A stretch of 59,949 nucleotides of DNA, filler included, from Dimargaris cristalligena (taxonomy: Eukaryota): assembly GCA_003614675.1 (NCBI GenBank). It is 7 parts of 7 records of this genome, joined end to end, with 100 filler letters (N's around TTAATTAATTAA, not from the genome) between each part and the next. Parts side by side here need not be neighbours in the genome. Positions count along the whole stretch, not along the records: positions 34,411 to 42,866 come from ML003326.1; positions 42,967 to 51,409 come from ML003327.1; 5 more parts are not named here. The stretch is one strand, 5' to 3'. A program made the translations under genes and the position numbers. How positions within the stretch are numbered: the stretch's first letter is position 1; each line of letters starts with the position of its first letter. This document shows positions 34,413 through 46,510 of this stretch, piece after piece. The notes beneath the pieces are model-generated. The model was not told the DNA's origin. It did not search any database and saw nothing but the letters and a program-made list of their open reading frames with translations.

Positions 34413-35639
34413 CGCTTGAGCGATTTTGTACGGGAGCTGCAGCCCGAATTCCTGGTCAGTGCGGCTATTCAGTACTTCAGCATCCTTAGTGTGGACGACC
34501 AAGACTCCGTGCGTCTGTTGACCATCGAGCCCCTGGTGACCATCTCGACCGCCCTTCCCACCGAACAGGTTGGTCAATATTTGTTGACTTCCTTCCGGAC
34601 CCTGTGTATGGACAAGTCGTGGCGCGTACGGTATATGGTGGCCGAAAAGTTTGTTGAGCTCACCAAGGTCATGGCCCCCCACCTGTCCAAGGACGAAGTT
34701 ATCAACATTTTTGTCACTTTCCTCAAGGACGGCGAAGCCGAAGTACGTACGTCCATCTGCTCCCAGATCCCGGGCTTCTGCGAACTGGTGGGGCGCGATG
34801 ACGTGCTGGAAAAGATTTACCCTCAGCTCAAGGAACTGGTCAGTGACCCCTCGCAACCTGTACGGGCGGCCTTTGCTTCCCACGTCAGTGGCCTGGCCCC
34901 TCTGTTCGAGAAAGAAGCCACTCACCAGTACCTGCTTCCCCTTTTCCTGCGTCTCCTTAAGGACGATTTCCCCGAGGTGCGTCTCAACGTTATTTCCAAG
35001 CTAGACAAAGTCAACTCGGTTATTGGCATTGAACTGCTGTCCGATCAGCTGTTACCCGCCATTATGGAACTGGCGGAGGACAAGCAATGGCGGGTGCGGC
35101 TGGCCATCATTGAGTATATTCCGCTCCTGGCCACCCAACTGGGGGTGGAGTTCTTCGATGAGCAGCTCACTCACTTGTGCATGTCCTGGCTGGGCGACCG
35201 GGTGTACTCGATTCGTGAAGCAGCCACCCGCAACCTAAAGAACCTGACCGACGTCTTTGGCGTGGAGTGGGCGAAGGCCACCATTATCCCCAAAATTCTG
35301 GGTCTGTCCAACCACCCCAACTATTTGTATCGTATGACCACCATCTTTGCCCTCACGACCATCATGCCGTCCCTGACACCTGAAGTGACTGAGAAGAGCG
35401 TTATGCCGGCTCTCCAAAGTTTGGTCACGGACGAAATCCCCAACATTCGGTTCAATGTGGCCAAGGCCATCGAGAGTATGGCCCCCGTGATGGCTCGGAA
35501 TGCCGCCCTTCGGCCCCTACTGGAGGCCCCGGTTATGCCCATGCTCACCCGCTTGACCGAGGACCTCGACCCCGATGTCCAGTTCTTCGCCAAGCGGGCC
35601 ATTACAACTGTGTCCGACTCAATGAATGCGGCTGAATAA
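34413..35639 (+). CDS. TPD3: Protein phosphatase 2A scaffold (A) subunit, C-terminal HEAT repeats, 5'-truncated
   Basis: DDQDSVRLL, DKSWRVRYMVA, LKDGEAEVR, PEVRLNVISKL, ELAEDKQWRVRLAIIEYIPLLA, WLGDRVYSIREAA, NYLYRMT, IPNIRFNVAK. Confidence 0.96.
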   Translation, partial: RLSDFVRELQPEFLVSAAIQYFSILSVDDQDSVRLLTIEPLVTISTALPTEQVGQYLLTSFRTLCMDKSWRVRYMVAEKFVELTKVMAPHLSKDEVINIFVTFLKDGEAEVRTSICSQIPGFCELVGRDDVLEKIYPQLKELVSDPSQPVRAAFASHVSGLAPLFEKEATHQYLLPLFLRLLKDDFPEVRLNVISKLDKVNSVIGIELLSDQLLPAIMELAEDKQWRVRLAIIEYIPLLATQLGVEFFDEQLTHLCMSWLGDRVYSIREAATRNLKNLTDVFGVEWAKATIIPKILGLSNHPNYLYRMTTIFALTTIMPSLTPEVTEKSVMPALQSLVTDEIPNIRFNVAKAIESMAPVMARNAALRPLLEAPVMPMLTRLTEDLDPDVQFFAKRAITTVSDSMNAAE

Positions 35640-36572
35640 GGTTAGACCCCCTCCGTGTGAGTTCGTTATTTATTACCCAGTTGTCTTGCTTATTATCGCC
35701 ATGTTTCTTTCTTACCCCTCTTATTTACCCATAACCTGCCTTTTATTTACTCAGGCCGTCATCACTCGTACGTCTTCCTTGTCGAATTTAGCCCAGTACT
35801 GGGAGGAGATAAAGACTTCCATATATATCCAAACTTCATTTTTCCTCATTCCAGTTTTTCTTTTTCTATAATCCACTGGTAATTTTCACACTCCCCCCCC
35901 CACCCAGTCTCATTTGAGTACTTTCTCCGACGCCCATCTTTCCTTCCTCCACCACCTCTCCTTCTCTGTTTTCACTATTGATTCAGTCGTCCTTTCCGCT
36001 TGATCCACACCGCTTTATTATCTATCCCCCACCCTCTTATACTTCATCCTGACCACCAACTATGCTTTTCGAGTTCTACATTATTGCTATTAAAATGCAC
36101 TATTTTGACTATACATTTTGAAGTTCTTCGGACAATCGAATTGCTAGTCAATTGTGGGGGTGGCTAGTCTCAGTAATGAAACGAATATCAGTCGATCACA
36201 CTACTATATAATTGGTCTGGTGGGTTGCTATCATGTAAAATCAGTGAGGTGTGTAATACCGGCCGTTGCAAGTTAAGATGCAGTGCAGTCACATACAGTC
36301 AAAGAGGTGGGTTGGATTCTCCGCCACCCAACTATAGCAAATATATGCGCTGTTTGGCATAGAATACTTTTGGGTTATATTAACAGCATATACTCGGTTG
36401 AAACCTACCATGCATGCTGAATGCTTAGCGAAGTTGTCCCGGGTATATAATACAGCACCGTTGGTGGCGGGCCTAGTTTAATCCGTCTTATTATTTTCAA
36501 CTATACTGCATTGATAACTAAGGTTACTAGTTGCCCCATTGATATTTAACATGCCCGACTTTTGTCTTTGTA

Positions 36573-39500
36573 GATTAGCAAACCGTGTTGAAGGTAACAT
36601 ATATTTAGTACCCATATCCTCCTAGATGCAATACTTGGGTGCTCAGGCTGTTTGCAGGCCTGATTCTTAAAGGAGAGAGGAGCAGTACGACTTCGATGGG
36701 CTGTTCTAATCGGCATACACTAATTGGGGGTTATTGTTGTCTCTTATTACCTTTTTAGAGTTGGTTGAGCGGCTTATCCGGATCGTTAACCGGAACGGCA
36801 GTCCGTATGCTGTTCGAATGGCCCTAGAAACTCTCCACAGTTCCATGGCCCGCGAGGCGACCGGGAGAAAGATGTCAGTATCACCAGCGGAACCCGACTG
36901 CAATAATCAAGGCTGTGTTGGGCGGTGTTTGACGCTGCTGGCGAAGGTTTTACAAGCTTTCTGCGGGGGACAGTTCCTAGAGAGGGTTCCGTTGTCAAAG
37001 TCGGACAACCAGCTCATGGGTAGGTTATATGCGTGTTATATTCCCCTTGAAATGGTGCAGCTAATAAAGGAAATAGCTACCTTGACCCGGATCTATATTT
37101 ATGCACTAGACTCATGTCTGAAACTTGTTATACGCTCTATGATCATGCCATTGGGAATAATTCCACACTTAATTATTGCGCAGTATTTCTGCTAGGCGAT
37201 CTTGTAGATGTCTACCTTTACGTAAACGGCCTTTGGGCCCATACTCCCTATCATGAGACGCTGGTGAACCTACACAGATGTTTAATAGCCTTAGTCGACC
37301 ACCTGGGACTACCCTCTTGGCTGGTAGGTAATATTGGTATAACGAATGCTATTTACCTGCTGAAATCCCCTACAATCATGAAAGTGCCCCATCTCCGCGA
37401 TAGGGATCAAATAGGGTAAAAATTTAACCGATTAATGTTATTTGTCAAGAATGCTTGAATTCACAATAATGCATCTAGGTATACAGGGACTTACAATGCG
37501 ATCAGTCTCTCACTATCCTAGCCAAGTTGTTCGATATCACACATCGCTTTCCTCAGAAGACTATGCCTTTCACAATTCCGCTGGTCGAAAAGATGGGTAT
37601 GTAAGGGTGTCAAAAAGTAGATATTCGATTACTTACGTCGATATTGGATATACTAGTTGTCTCAATTAGGATGAACCTGACTTGACTGCGCGCTAAGTTA
37701 CATTTGGCCGAAAAACTTTATATTTTGACTGCACCTAAAATTAGTCGCTATGGGCTGGTTGCAGTCAGGGTTCGCTTATTTCCGGTGGCTTAGTGAGGAT
37801 CCCCGGGGCAAGGGTACATCATGCCCGACATCTCAAAAACACCACCATTCGAAAGACGGCCAAAGAACCTGCCTTCAAGTGCTTCGTTTCATATATACAC
37901 TTTTGAGTGGTATGCACTCACCAAGTGATTCGCCCCTATCCTACCCCGATTCCATATACGATGTATTGGCATGTAAGCACGTTGGTTGGCTTTTTACTGA
38001 TTACTGACTTAATTCAAGACTGTGATCATATCATTAATTAATATGATAATGTGAAATCCAATTTTAAGACTTCTATTTTATTCAAACCTCCGCATAGTGT
38101 TGCTATAATTTGCTCGTATGGATGGAATCGCTGTTCTTAGATTTGGTGAATGAAGAGCAGAATGGTTCCTACACGGCAAATTTAACCACGCAGGACGAGG
38201 CTCGTATGCTGTACATACTCCTTATAAACCACTGGTTATTCACCATTGTTCAATTTCCTCGGTAAGCTGGTACATTAACTGTCAATTCCAAATGGACTCA
38301 ATCCCTACTATACAAACAACTTTAACTATATTTAATCCCGCCAACGCTTAGCATCAATATATTCTATATTTTACCATACTAGTCCAACTCAAATAATTTT
38401 GTTAGAGCTTGGTCACCAAACGATCCGAAGTACCATACACCAGCCCACGGCCACAATGTTCCCAACACTCATACGATTTCGTTCGATCGTCGTATTTCTG
38501 GTATGTCGGTTGATATAATATAATTTTACGCTATAAGTCATATGTACCTTTTGAGATATATCCAGAAAATGAATTGAGATTGTAAATTAGCCTATTCAAC
38601 AATTGGGGTGTTCCGTTTACGATATCCTCCCGCCCCTAACGATCGAATCGAAGACATGTGAAAGGCAGCTTGGTCGAACCAATGGTGAGTGCTTATTGTG
38701 GCCCGTACTTTACAGGTGAAATTGCAGTGGTCTATATCGAGCGCCTCTACATATAATGCATAGTAATACGCATGTTCCGTTCTCCTACATCACCATTCGG
38801 ATTGAAACCCAACCTAGAGTTTAAGCCCGCCACACATCAAAACTTAATGCGGCTAATGGCCAGCATTATTCAAGACTTACGGGATTCTCCGACAGCTTCT
38901 CAAACTGTTTTGCAGGATATATCCAATCATGCGGAGCTAATATCCAGCTGGTTATGGCCCATGGCTCAACAATTTCTTCTGTACCGTCCCTCAGTGAAGT
39001 TGCTGGTAAGTAATGCCAGTTTTCATTGGCCTCTAACAAATGTCAATAAGTTTAATATTACTGAGATGGTTCCTCAGGGAACAGTGGTAGTCCTCGATCT
39101 TATAGCATGTCTAACCTAGTAATGGCGAAACTTGTTAAATAATTTTATATTCGGTCTACTTATCTACTAGATTATTAAGTGGATAACATTTCTTCAGGCT
39201 CGCGGTCAGTCGGCCAACCTATACCATCACTGCCTAAGCACAATTGTAGTTAGTTCCGACGGTCGCCGCCTTTTCCTGGTAAGGTATCCCCTCCTATATA
39301 CCGAGATTGTCGGGAAATTAGATTCTTAGGCCAACGTTTGCATCAAATTCTACCATAATAAGAAATCCGTCGTTTCTAACCCACTTTTGAAAACACTGGC
39401 CACTATACAGGAATTACTAACTGACATTCACCGCCAGAGTCAACCATCTCCTCACTGGTACCCTCTTGTTCATGCTCTAAATGGCGTATATGAGCACCTG

Positions 39501-41870
39501 TGGGACCATATTTCGAAATCTCCTGACTGGAACCAAAGTGAATGGGATACACAAGTTTATGCTTTTCTAAATGGATGTTTGCGATCAATGGATATGTACC
39601 ACCAAGGTAAGGTTGTTCGCTAATTTTTCTTCATGGTGGAGTCGTATCTCTGGTTGCCAAACAATGGCAATGCCACTCAAAATACCGTGTTAGTCTCTAT
39701 CAAACAATTTATCAGATTGGAAATAGCAAGAACCGAAGTCTCAGAGGTTGTCGATTGTCGCCCGTGCAAGAGAGTCAATCTAGAATTTGACATTTGTGAT
39801 AGCCCCCCGTCAAGCAAATCTTGGGTGCCATGTATTAATCCAATAATCTAGTCTATTGTTTAAAAACCTCGTAATAGTCTGGCTATACCTTCCATTGCTT
39901 ACGTGGCGCTATTTGCAGACCTCGGAAGGTCTAATTAATTTTGAGTTAACCAGAGGTATTGAGTTGTAATATGTGTAATGGACTGTCCATAAAATCGCTT
40001 AAGTCGTTACACAAATTACCCTAATGCAATCCTCGATAAGATATTAAAAGTATATCTATATTTTTATGCATAAAACTATACTACACATCCGAGTAAATAG
40101 TAGTAGACGACATTATTTGGCAAGTGGTCTTTATTACATCGTGGCATCGTGTATTCGGAACCATTATGCCGTGTATGATATTATGCTCATTCTTCCCGGC
40201 TAATGCCATATTAGCCTCTGAACTATATTTATTTGTATTCCATTATAATTGTAATTCTCGAAATCTAGTCACATGGAAGCGACAGTACGGTACCTTCAAA
40301 ACCCTTCTGAGGGCACATTCCGTTGTTACTGCACAGATCTAGCGATGTTACAAAGTAAAGTTGAAATACTTTTAGTACTACGCATATTGACCGACATTGG
40401 TACCACACCTAGTAAGTAGCTACTTTGTTATGCTAGCATAGTAAGCATGATGTACATACTTAAGAATCCCAAAGAATCCGAACTCCTCAGGTTTTTAGAG
40501 GCGAATCAATAATAATAATACAGATAATGGTATGTATTGGCATGATACAATTTTTAGAAGAGTCGTTGCCATATTCGGACATTGGCCAGTGTTTAGGTCT
40601 ACGCGACATATTCTTAGACTGGGTTTGGACTATGTTAGAGAACCCCGTAAACTATCAGTTTAAGGTAGTTATAGGCCATATCCTGACTCTAATCACCGGG
40701 CTCATCCCCTTTAAAGCGCCAGGGCCGTGGTCCCGTTTCAAACAGCTGGCCCGCGGCTTTGTTAAATGTCAGAACATGGAAATAGCATGTAAGTGGAAAA
40801 ATACAGGCCGAGCCGAGTTCGGGAATTACACATTTTCCGGCCGTTCGCTTTGATATTACATAATTATATTCCTCTTCATGCGAATAATACTATAGCCCCA
40901 TAAGTGGAAAGAAAATGAGTAAGCTGAAGCTGTAACATTAAGATGATTGGCACATTTGAATACTATTGCTAGCATATATTTTTCGTCTTTTAGTAAATAG
41001 CCTACATTGCCAATCACCAAGGCAATTTGAGACTATCAGCATGGCGAATATACCGTTATTTATTAGAGCATGGCTCGCAGGTTTAACTCTAGCCCTGCAA
41101 TCGGTAAATAGGATTTTAATAGTGTTGTATCATCGTTTAAAACTAGGAGACTATAATGGTTACATATGCCTCAGCTATTCTCGATACACTGGGTCGAGTA
41201 ATATATAGTAGGTAGCAAAATATACCAATTGATAATCTCTTTTATACCTATACTTATAAAAATTACTAGCTTTCGTGGTACGACATGCGGGCGGTTAGGC
41301 AGCTCCTGGAGCATATCGTTGCAAGTGATCCATCCCGGGTAAGAGCCATACGATGGGTGGTTCTAAGCGATACGTTTAATTTGTCTAGGATTAAGGGAGC
41401 ATTGTCATCCGCCACTGACGAGGTGGACCCAAATGTAAAATTACTGAACAGTGAATGTCGGCTAATTATGCAACTGGTAGGTCATTCTCATCCAGATATA
41501 CTTGGCACTCTCAAATGTTTGGGCTCAGATAGTCCCACGAGGAATAGTAGGCCTGCCTACCGGAAAATTGGGTTAATAAGAAATTGGGTCCTGGTCTATA
41601 TCTATTTGTACAGGTGAGCAAATCTACGGGCAACAGTCAAGCAATTAATTCTAGCAGTGGTACTGCGGTGTATTCTCCAAACAAGGACCATGATCAATCG
41701 GATTCGGGTTCACCCATCAGTTATCTCAGGTTGGGGGTCTTTAACAATTACGTTAGAATAGTCCAATGATGCTGGCGGATACGCTCCCGAAAATGCTAAA
41801 CGCTGCCATTTAATTGCAACAGGTTTCATTCGCCCAAATAGAAAACATAATTATGAGCTTGGGTATTCAC
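36573..41870 (+). CDS. Unidentified intron-rich gene encoding a leucine-rich helical protein; boundaries approximate
   Basis: Series of plus-strand amphipathic-helix ORF pieces (36734, 37196, 38880, 39387, 40527, 41285) bounded by canonical donors (GTAAGC 38262, GTAAGT 39006, GTAAGT 40789) and AT-rich introns. Full model not reconstructed. Confidence 0.5.
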
Positions 41871-42231
41871 TATTTAAACATTTACCCGGCCATCTCCCCT
41901 AGCTGAATAATATTATAAACTCTACATGGATGGGTCATAATTTATCCCGAATAAACTTTCTTTTCATTGATACTTCAATCTGTAATAAACCATTATAATT
42001 AAATTTATCCAGCCATAGCACTTTAAGAAGTAGAGCAGGTCGGGATTTGACAGTGATATAAAGTGTAGGCGGGCTTTTTCAACATATAACTTAAGTACTG
42101 GTTTTTTATGTAAACCATCCAGTTCAGTATGGCTAATATTATTGATAATATAGGAGGGGTACAACTGGGTTGTATAACAAAAAATCCATTAGATAAAGCA
42201 AATATTAGTAGTTAAAAATAAATATCCCATA

Positions 42232-42812
42232 TGTCACCCAGGTTAACCACTCTTAGTCCATCAAGAGTCCCAAGGATAGGCTTCTAACAGTAGGTGGGGC
42301 TTAGACTTAGCCAAGCAGGCTACTAGTATTAGGATGGGCATAGTACTAACTAATATAGGATAAGTGCAAGTAAATGCAAGGGACAGGCAGTGGGCACACT
42401 TACTAGTTAGTATGAGGGAGTGAGCATATATGGAGTTTATTAGGATAAACTAGGGGGTAATAATAAGCTCTGGAATTAAACTGGTCCCAGTGGGGCCCAG
42501 TTATATATATGTGGGGACAGCTCCCACAGGAGGTCCTAAGGGAATACTACTAAGTCTAAGATATAGGTAGATAAAGAATCCGACCGGATGGCTTTGTATC
42601 TGGAAGTCTCTCATGAGAACCAGAAGAGTCATTTAAAATAGCTGGTTGGGTATTTGGTGCAAAGCATTGGGGCTGGAAGGAGAAGGGTTATATAATAGAT
42701 AACAATCCCATAGTACTGGGGGTAACTATGGAAGGGTTAATATGGCACTATAAGACCTAATAAGGATGGACAATCATTAAGTCCAGATTAAGTTGGATTA
42801 GGAGGGCTGATA
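42232..42812 (-). mobile_element. LTR family A, full-length copy
   Basis: Reverse complement aligns end to end with 111-695; no clean TSD seen. Confidence 0.85.
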
Positions 42813-42866
42813 GCCCCTAAAACTGAACATAATCTCTTATTATAGAAATCTTGTCCAATTTCAATG

Positions 42867-42966
42867 NNNNNNNNNNNNNNNNNNNNNNNNNNNNNNNNNN
42901 NNNNNNNNNNTTAATTAATTAANNNNNNNNNNNNNNNNNNNNNNNNNNNNNNNNNNNNNNNNNNNN
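42867..42966. other. Artificial contig spacer
   Basis: N-run/TTAATTAATTAA/N-run, 100 bp. Confidence 0.98.
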
Positions 42967-43164
42967 GCTCACCCCCTAGTACTAACCAGTAAGTGTGCAT
43001 CTAGAGCACGGACCTCGCCTATGTCCTACGCTTGCCTTATCCGGTTAGTATTGTCACCATCCCTAACACTAGCAGCCCGCTTGGCCATGTCTGACGCCCC
43101 ACCTACTGTTAGAAGCCTACCCCCGAGACTCTTGACGGACTAAGAGTGGTTAACTCGGGCGACA
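42967..43164 (+). mobile_element. LTR family A, terminal ~200 bp, least CpG-decayed copy
   Basis: Aligns to ~502-695; ends ...TAAGAGTGGTTAACTCGGGCGACA. Confidence 0.85.
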
Positions 43165-43937
43165 GTCATCCAAATCAATAGTGACTTTAACCCATGATAA
43201 TTGACCACTTCATATCACTACTTTTATACTATTGACTATCCTTTATGAGTGGGGCTTGGGAATAACTAGCCTCCAGTGGTTTCCTTCTTAGAATTACACT
43301 ATACAATTATTTAGTATGAATTCTTTTTATTAGTTTTATTAATATCTGACATGAAGGAGAATTAGGAAGACTGTGTCTTCCAACCTTCCAATTTCTATAA
43401 TTTGCTTCCCTTTAAATTACTATAATTTAGCCAGTAGGTCAATTTATTATATATACCTTAGTAGTGTCCCCTCAGTTAAAGGGACAAGTTAGTTTCGAGA
43501 CAAACAAATAAATATCTGTTTTAACTTCACTAGATAATACTGACAATTAACCTTTTACCCAGTTTTATTATTATCAGTTATTTTATTGCTACTACTCCAA
43601 TTTGTTTATTTTTATTTACTTAGCTCAAATTTATGGTATCCCTGAGTACCAAATTGATTATACTATTTGATTATAATGTTTTTGGTTTATTATATTTTTC
43701 TTATCAACCAACAATGCAAGACAGCCATGTATGATACAATGGATGACCAGAAGATCAACAGTGACTTCCCTAAGGCCACCTTGGTCTCAACCCCCTCAAA
43801 CCCAGCAAAGTCCAACCCTCCACACTATATGACAAAATATGGTGACCCATCCAGTGGAAAGAAACCAGAGGTTCCCCCTCCTGCTGACACTCCCAAAGAC
43901 AAACCAGTGGAGCCCCTTAAATGGTTGGCAACACACC
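43165..43937 (+). repeat. Dispersed repeat family B (AT-rich leader plus start of a possible gag-like ORF)
   Basis: Aligns to 53792-54668; both encode MDDQ...DFPKATLVSTP.NPAKSN.PHYMTKYG. Confidence 0.85.
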
Positions 43938-44089
43938 AACCATCAACCTATAATTGTGGAAGAATAATCCCCCTTAGTCCCAAGTGAGCCTAAAATTGAG
44001 CTACAATCATTTTCCATTGCTGATTCATGAATGGTTTGGGAAGTAAACTGGGAGACCCCACTGGTGGGATTGCCTACTGGTAATGAATA

Positions 44090-46510
44090 GGAAGCTTGCT
44101 GATTAATTCTACATGCTCAACCAGGAGTGGCCATCAGGGCTGGCTCTTCCAAAGGGGTAGAATAATTATTCCCTAAGCTTATTCTTGTATTATTTTCACC
44201 ACTACCTAATTGATTATTCCAAATGGTAGATTGAACCACCCATTTTCCTGTGACTAATCAAGGGAGAAGGAATCCTGTCTAACTTCTCTGGGATGTGGGT
44301 TCAGGGTGCAATAGTGGATTAGCTGGGTATTCCAGGGACTTGTAAACCAATTGGTTATGTGTGTCCCAAATAAGTGATCTAGGGACCTGAATAATACTTT
44401 CACCAGTTTCCAATCCCCCTGCTGGTTTATCTGGGAGAGAAAGTTGGCCTCAGTATTGAGAATTCTGGCCAGATGCTACACCCCCCCCCAAAGATTGTGA
44501 TGTTATTCTTGGCCACCAAGGCCCAAATATGACAAACTATTTGATTCAGCAGTTGGCTGTGTGATCTGTAGCCATTTATTGCTGCCACTACACTGGTAGC
44601 ATCCATTTGGAGTTGCATCTGGTAGCCACAGACTGCTGGTAGGCTCCTTTTCAATGCCTCTTCAATGGCCATGAGCTCCAAAGCAGTAATATGGAGTTGG
44701 GCTTTAGCCAGAGTCTACCTCCCATGGCTAAGGGTGGAATCATAGGTCCACCCAGAGCCCTGGGAGCTGGCATCAGTGGTCAAGGTGTGGGTCTGAACTG
44801 GAGCTGATATGGGATAGCTTAACTCAGGGTCTAAGAGAGTATAGTATAACTGTTTTAGATCTTGACAGGCCACATTGGTCAGCCTGAGCATTGCATTGCA
44901 ATTTTCCTTAGTTACCAGACATTGGTATAGTATACATAGGTAAATCCAGAATACCAGGAACACTAACTGGGCTGACTGGATTAATCCTATCAGGGAGGCA
45001 GGGGTCCAGGCCTTGATTAGGCATTTCTATTGGGTAACCTTGTGAAGGAGATGATGCACCTACCCAGTTAGTTTTCCTCAAAATTTAGTATTGAGTATGA
45101 ATTGTATCTGGGGGATATCCAAAGTCAATCCCAGGTATTGAATGACCACTGTGGGATCCCACTGGCACTTCTTGGGATGGGGCTGAAGGCCTAGGGAATA
45201 AATTAATTTTTGTATCCTGAGGGACATAGACTGCATTTCAGTGGGCGAACCCGAGTAAAGGACCAAATAATCATCCAGATATGGCAAACAATTTAATTTC
45301 CATAAACAAAGGGTAGAGGTTAATGTCTTCATTGTTTTGCAAAAGAAAAAGGGCAACAACTTCCAACTAAAGGGAAGAGTATTGAACTGGTAGAGTTTCC
45401 CAAGTAACCAAGTCTGGAAGAACCCTTGGAAATTCCGGTGGATTCCAATTGCCATGTAACCATCCTTTAAATCGAAGGATATCACATGCTGGTCCAGCCG
45501 GATATAATTGCGCACTGCGTCCCAGGTTTCGTAGCGCATCATGTGTGACCGACATAATGTATTTAAATACCTCAAATCGGTGATAAGGCAGTACCCGCCT
45601 CCTTTTTGGGGGATTAAGAAGGAGTGGGAGACGTAAGTACCATGGGGGATCTCCCGAATTGCACCAGCCAATAGCATCCAATGGATCTCGGACTGCATAA
45701 ACCCCACTTCTTCTGGGCTGGCTAATGGGCACTCAGGGAGATTGAAAGGGGGTAGGGGCCCCTCCTTCCAAGGGATAGCAACCCCATGTTTGATCCAATC
45801 GAGAACATGGGGGGAGGTTTTTAGGGAAGCCCAGGTGTCTACTGCTGACCTGACCTGTAAATGCAGAGGTCCCTCCTTGGACGGGCTGTAGGAGCTAATC
45901 CTGATGAGTACCAGGCTTACCTATTGCAGGGTTCACCTTAGCACTATCAGAATTCATAGTCTATGATCTAATGGCAGTCTGAGCTGTGACCACAGTTTCC
46001 TGATCATGTTTCTTAGCCATAAACTGTGAAATAAAGCCCTGTAATTGTAACAAACTGTTGGATACCAAATTACTTTCATCCATCATCTGGATGGTATTCA
46101 TGACCTTCATGCCTTTGGTGACCTTGATCTGATTAAGTGTCAAATGGGATAAAAGTGACCCATCAATTGCACTGGTGAGTATCCACACTATATAGGCCAC
46201 TCATGGGTCAGATGAGAAACCCAGGTCAATTAATTTGGTATACACCAATCCGGCAATGTTCAGTGATAAGAGGGATTACCCAGCAAAATATTCTTCACAG
46301 GACTCTAATGCCATACTGGTGGAATAACTGTTACTGTAAGAACAGACAATCCAAGACTCAGGGGGCAAATGGGAGAAGGGGAGGAGATAATCCACCCACT
46401 GGCTGATTGGCTGATGTTCACATGCATAAACTGTTGGGAAGAAACTACTAGGAACATGTAGTAAGGCATCCAGAAAGTGTTTGTGTAGTGCCATCCAGAG
46501 GTTGGCACTT
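44090..46510 (-). mobile_element. Decayed DIRS-type retrotransposon: possible ORF1 remnant, RT (45840-45078), RNase H (~44790-44430), methyltransferase-like domain (~44420-44100)
   Basis: RT: VLDWIKHG, FLIPQKGGGYCLITDLRYLN, FDLKDGY, YQFNTLPF, YLDDYL. RH: LTTDASSQGSGW, HITALELMAI, NTEANFLS. MT: WKL...FG.H..NWF...WNTQL...DSFSLD*...WFNLPF...LPLWKSQP*WP. No tyrosine recombinase recognised. Confidence 0.85.

Noticed and set aside
3927-35639. Ubiquitin-proteasome/cell-cycle gene cluster (RPN7, UBR1, CKS1, F-box, PP2A-A)
   Set aside because: The genes lie on separate size-sorted contigs; only the UBR1 C-half and the F-box-like gene are truly adjacent.
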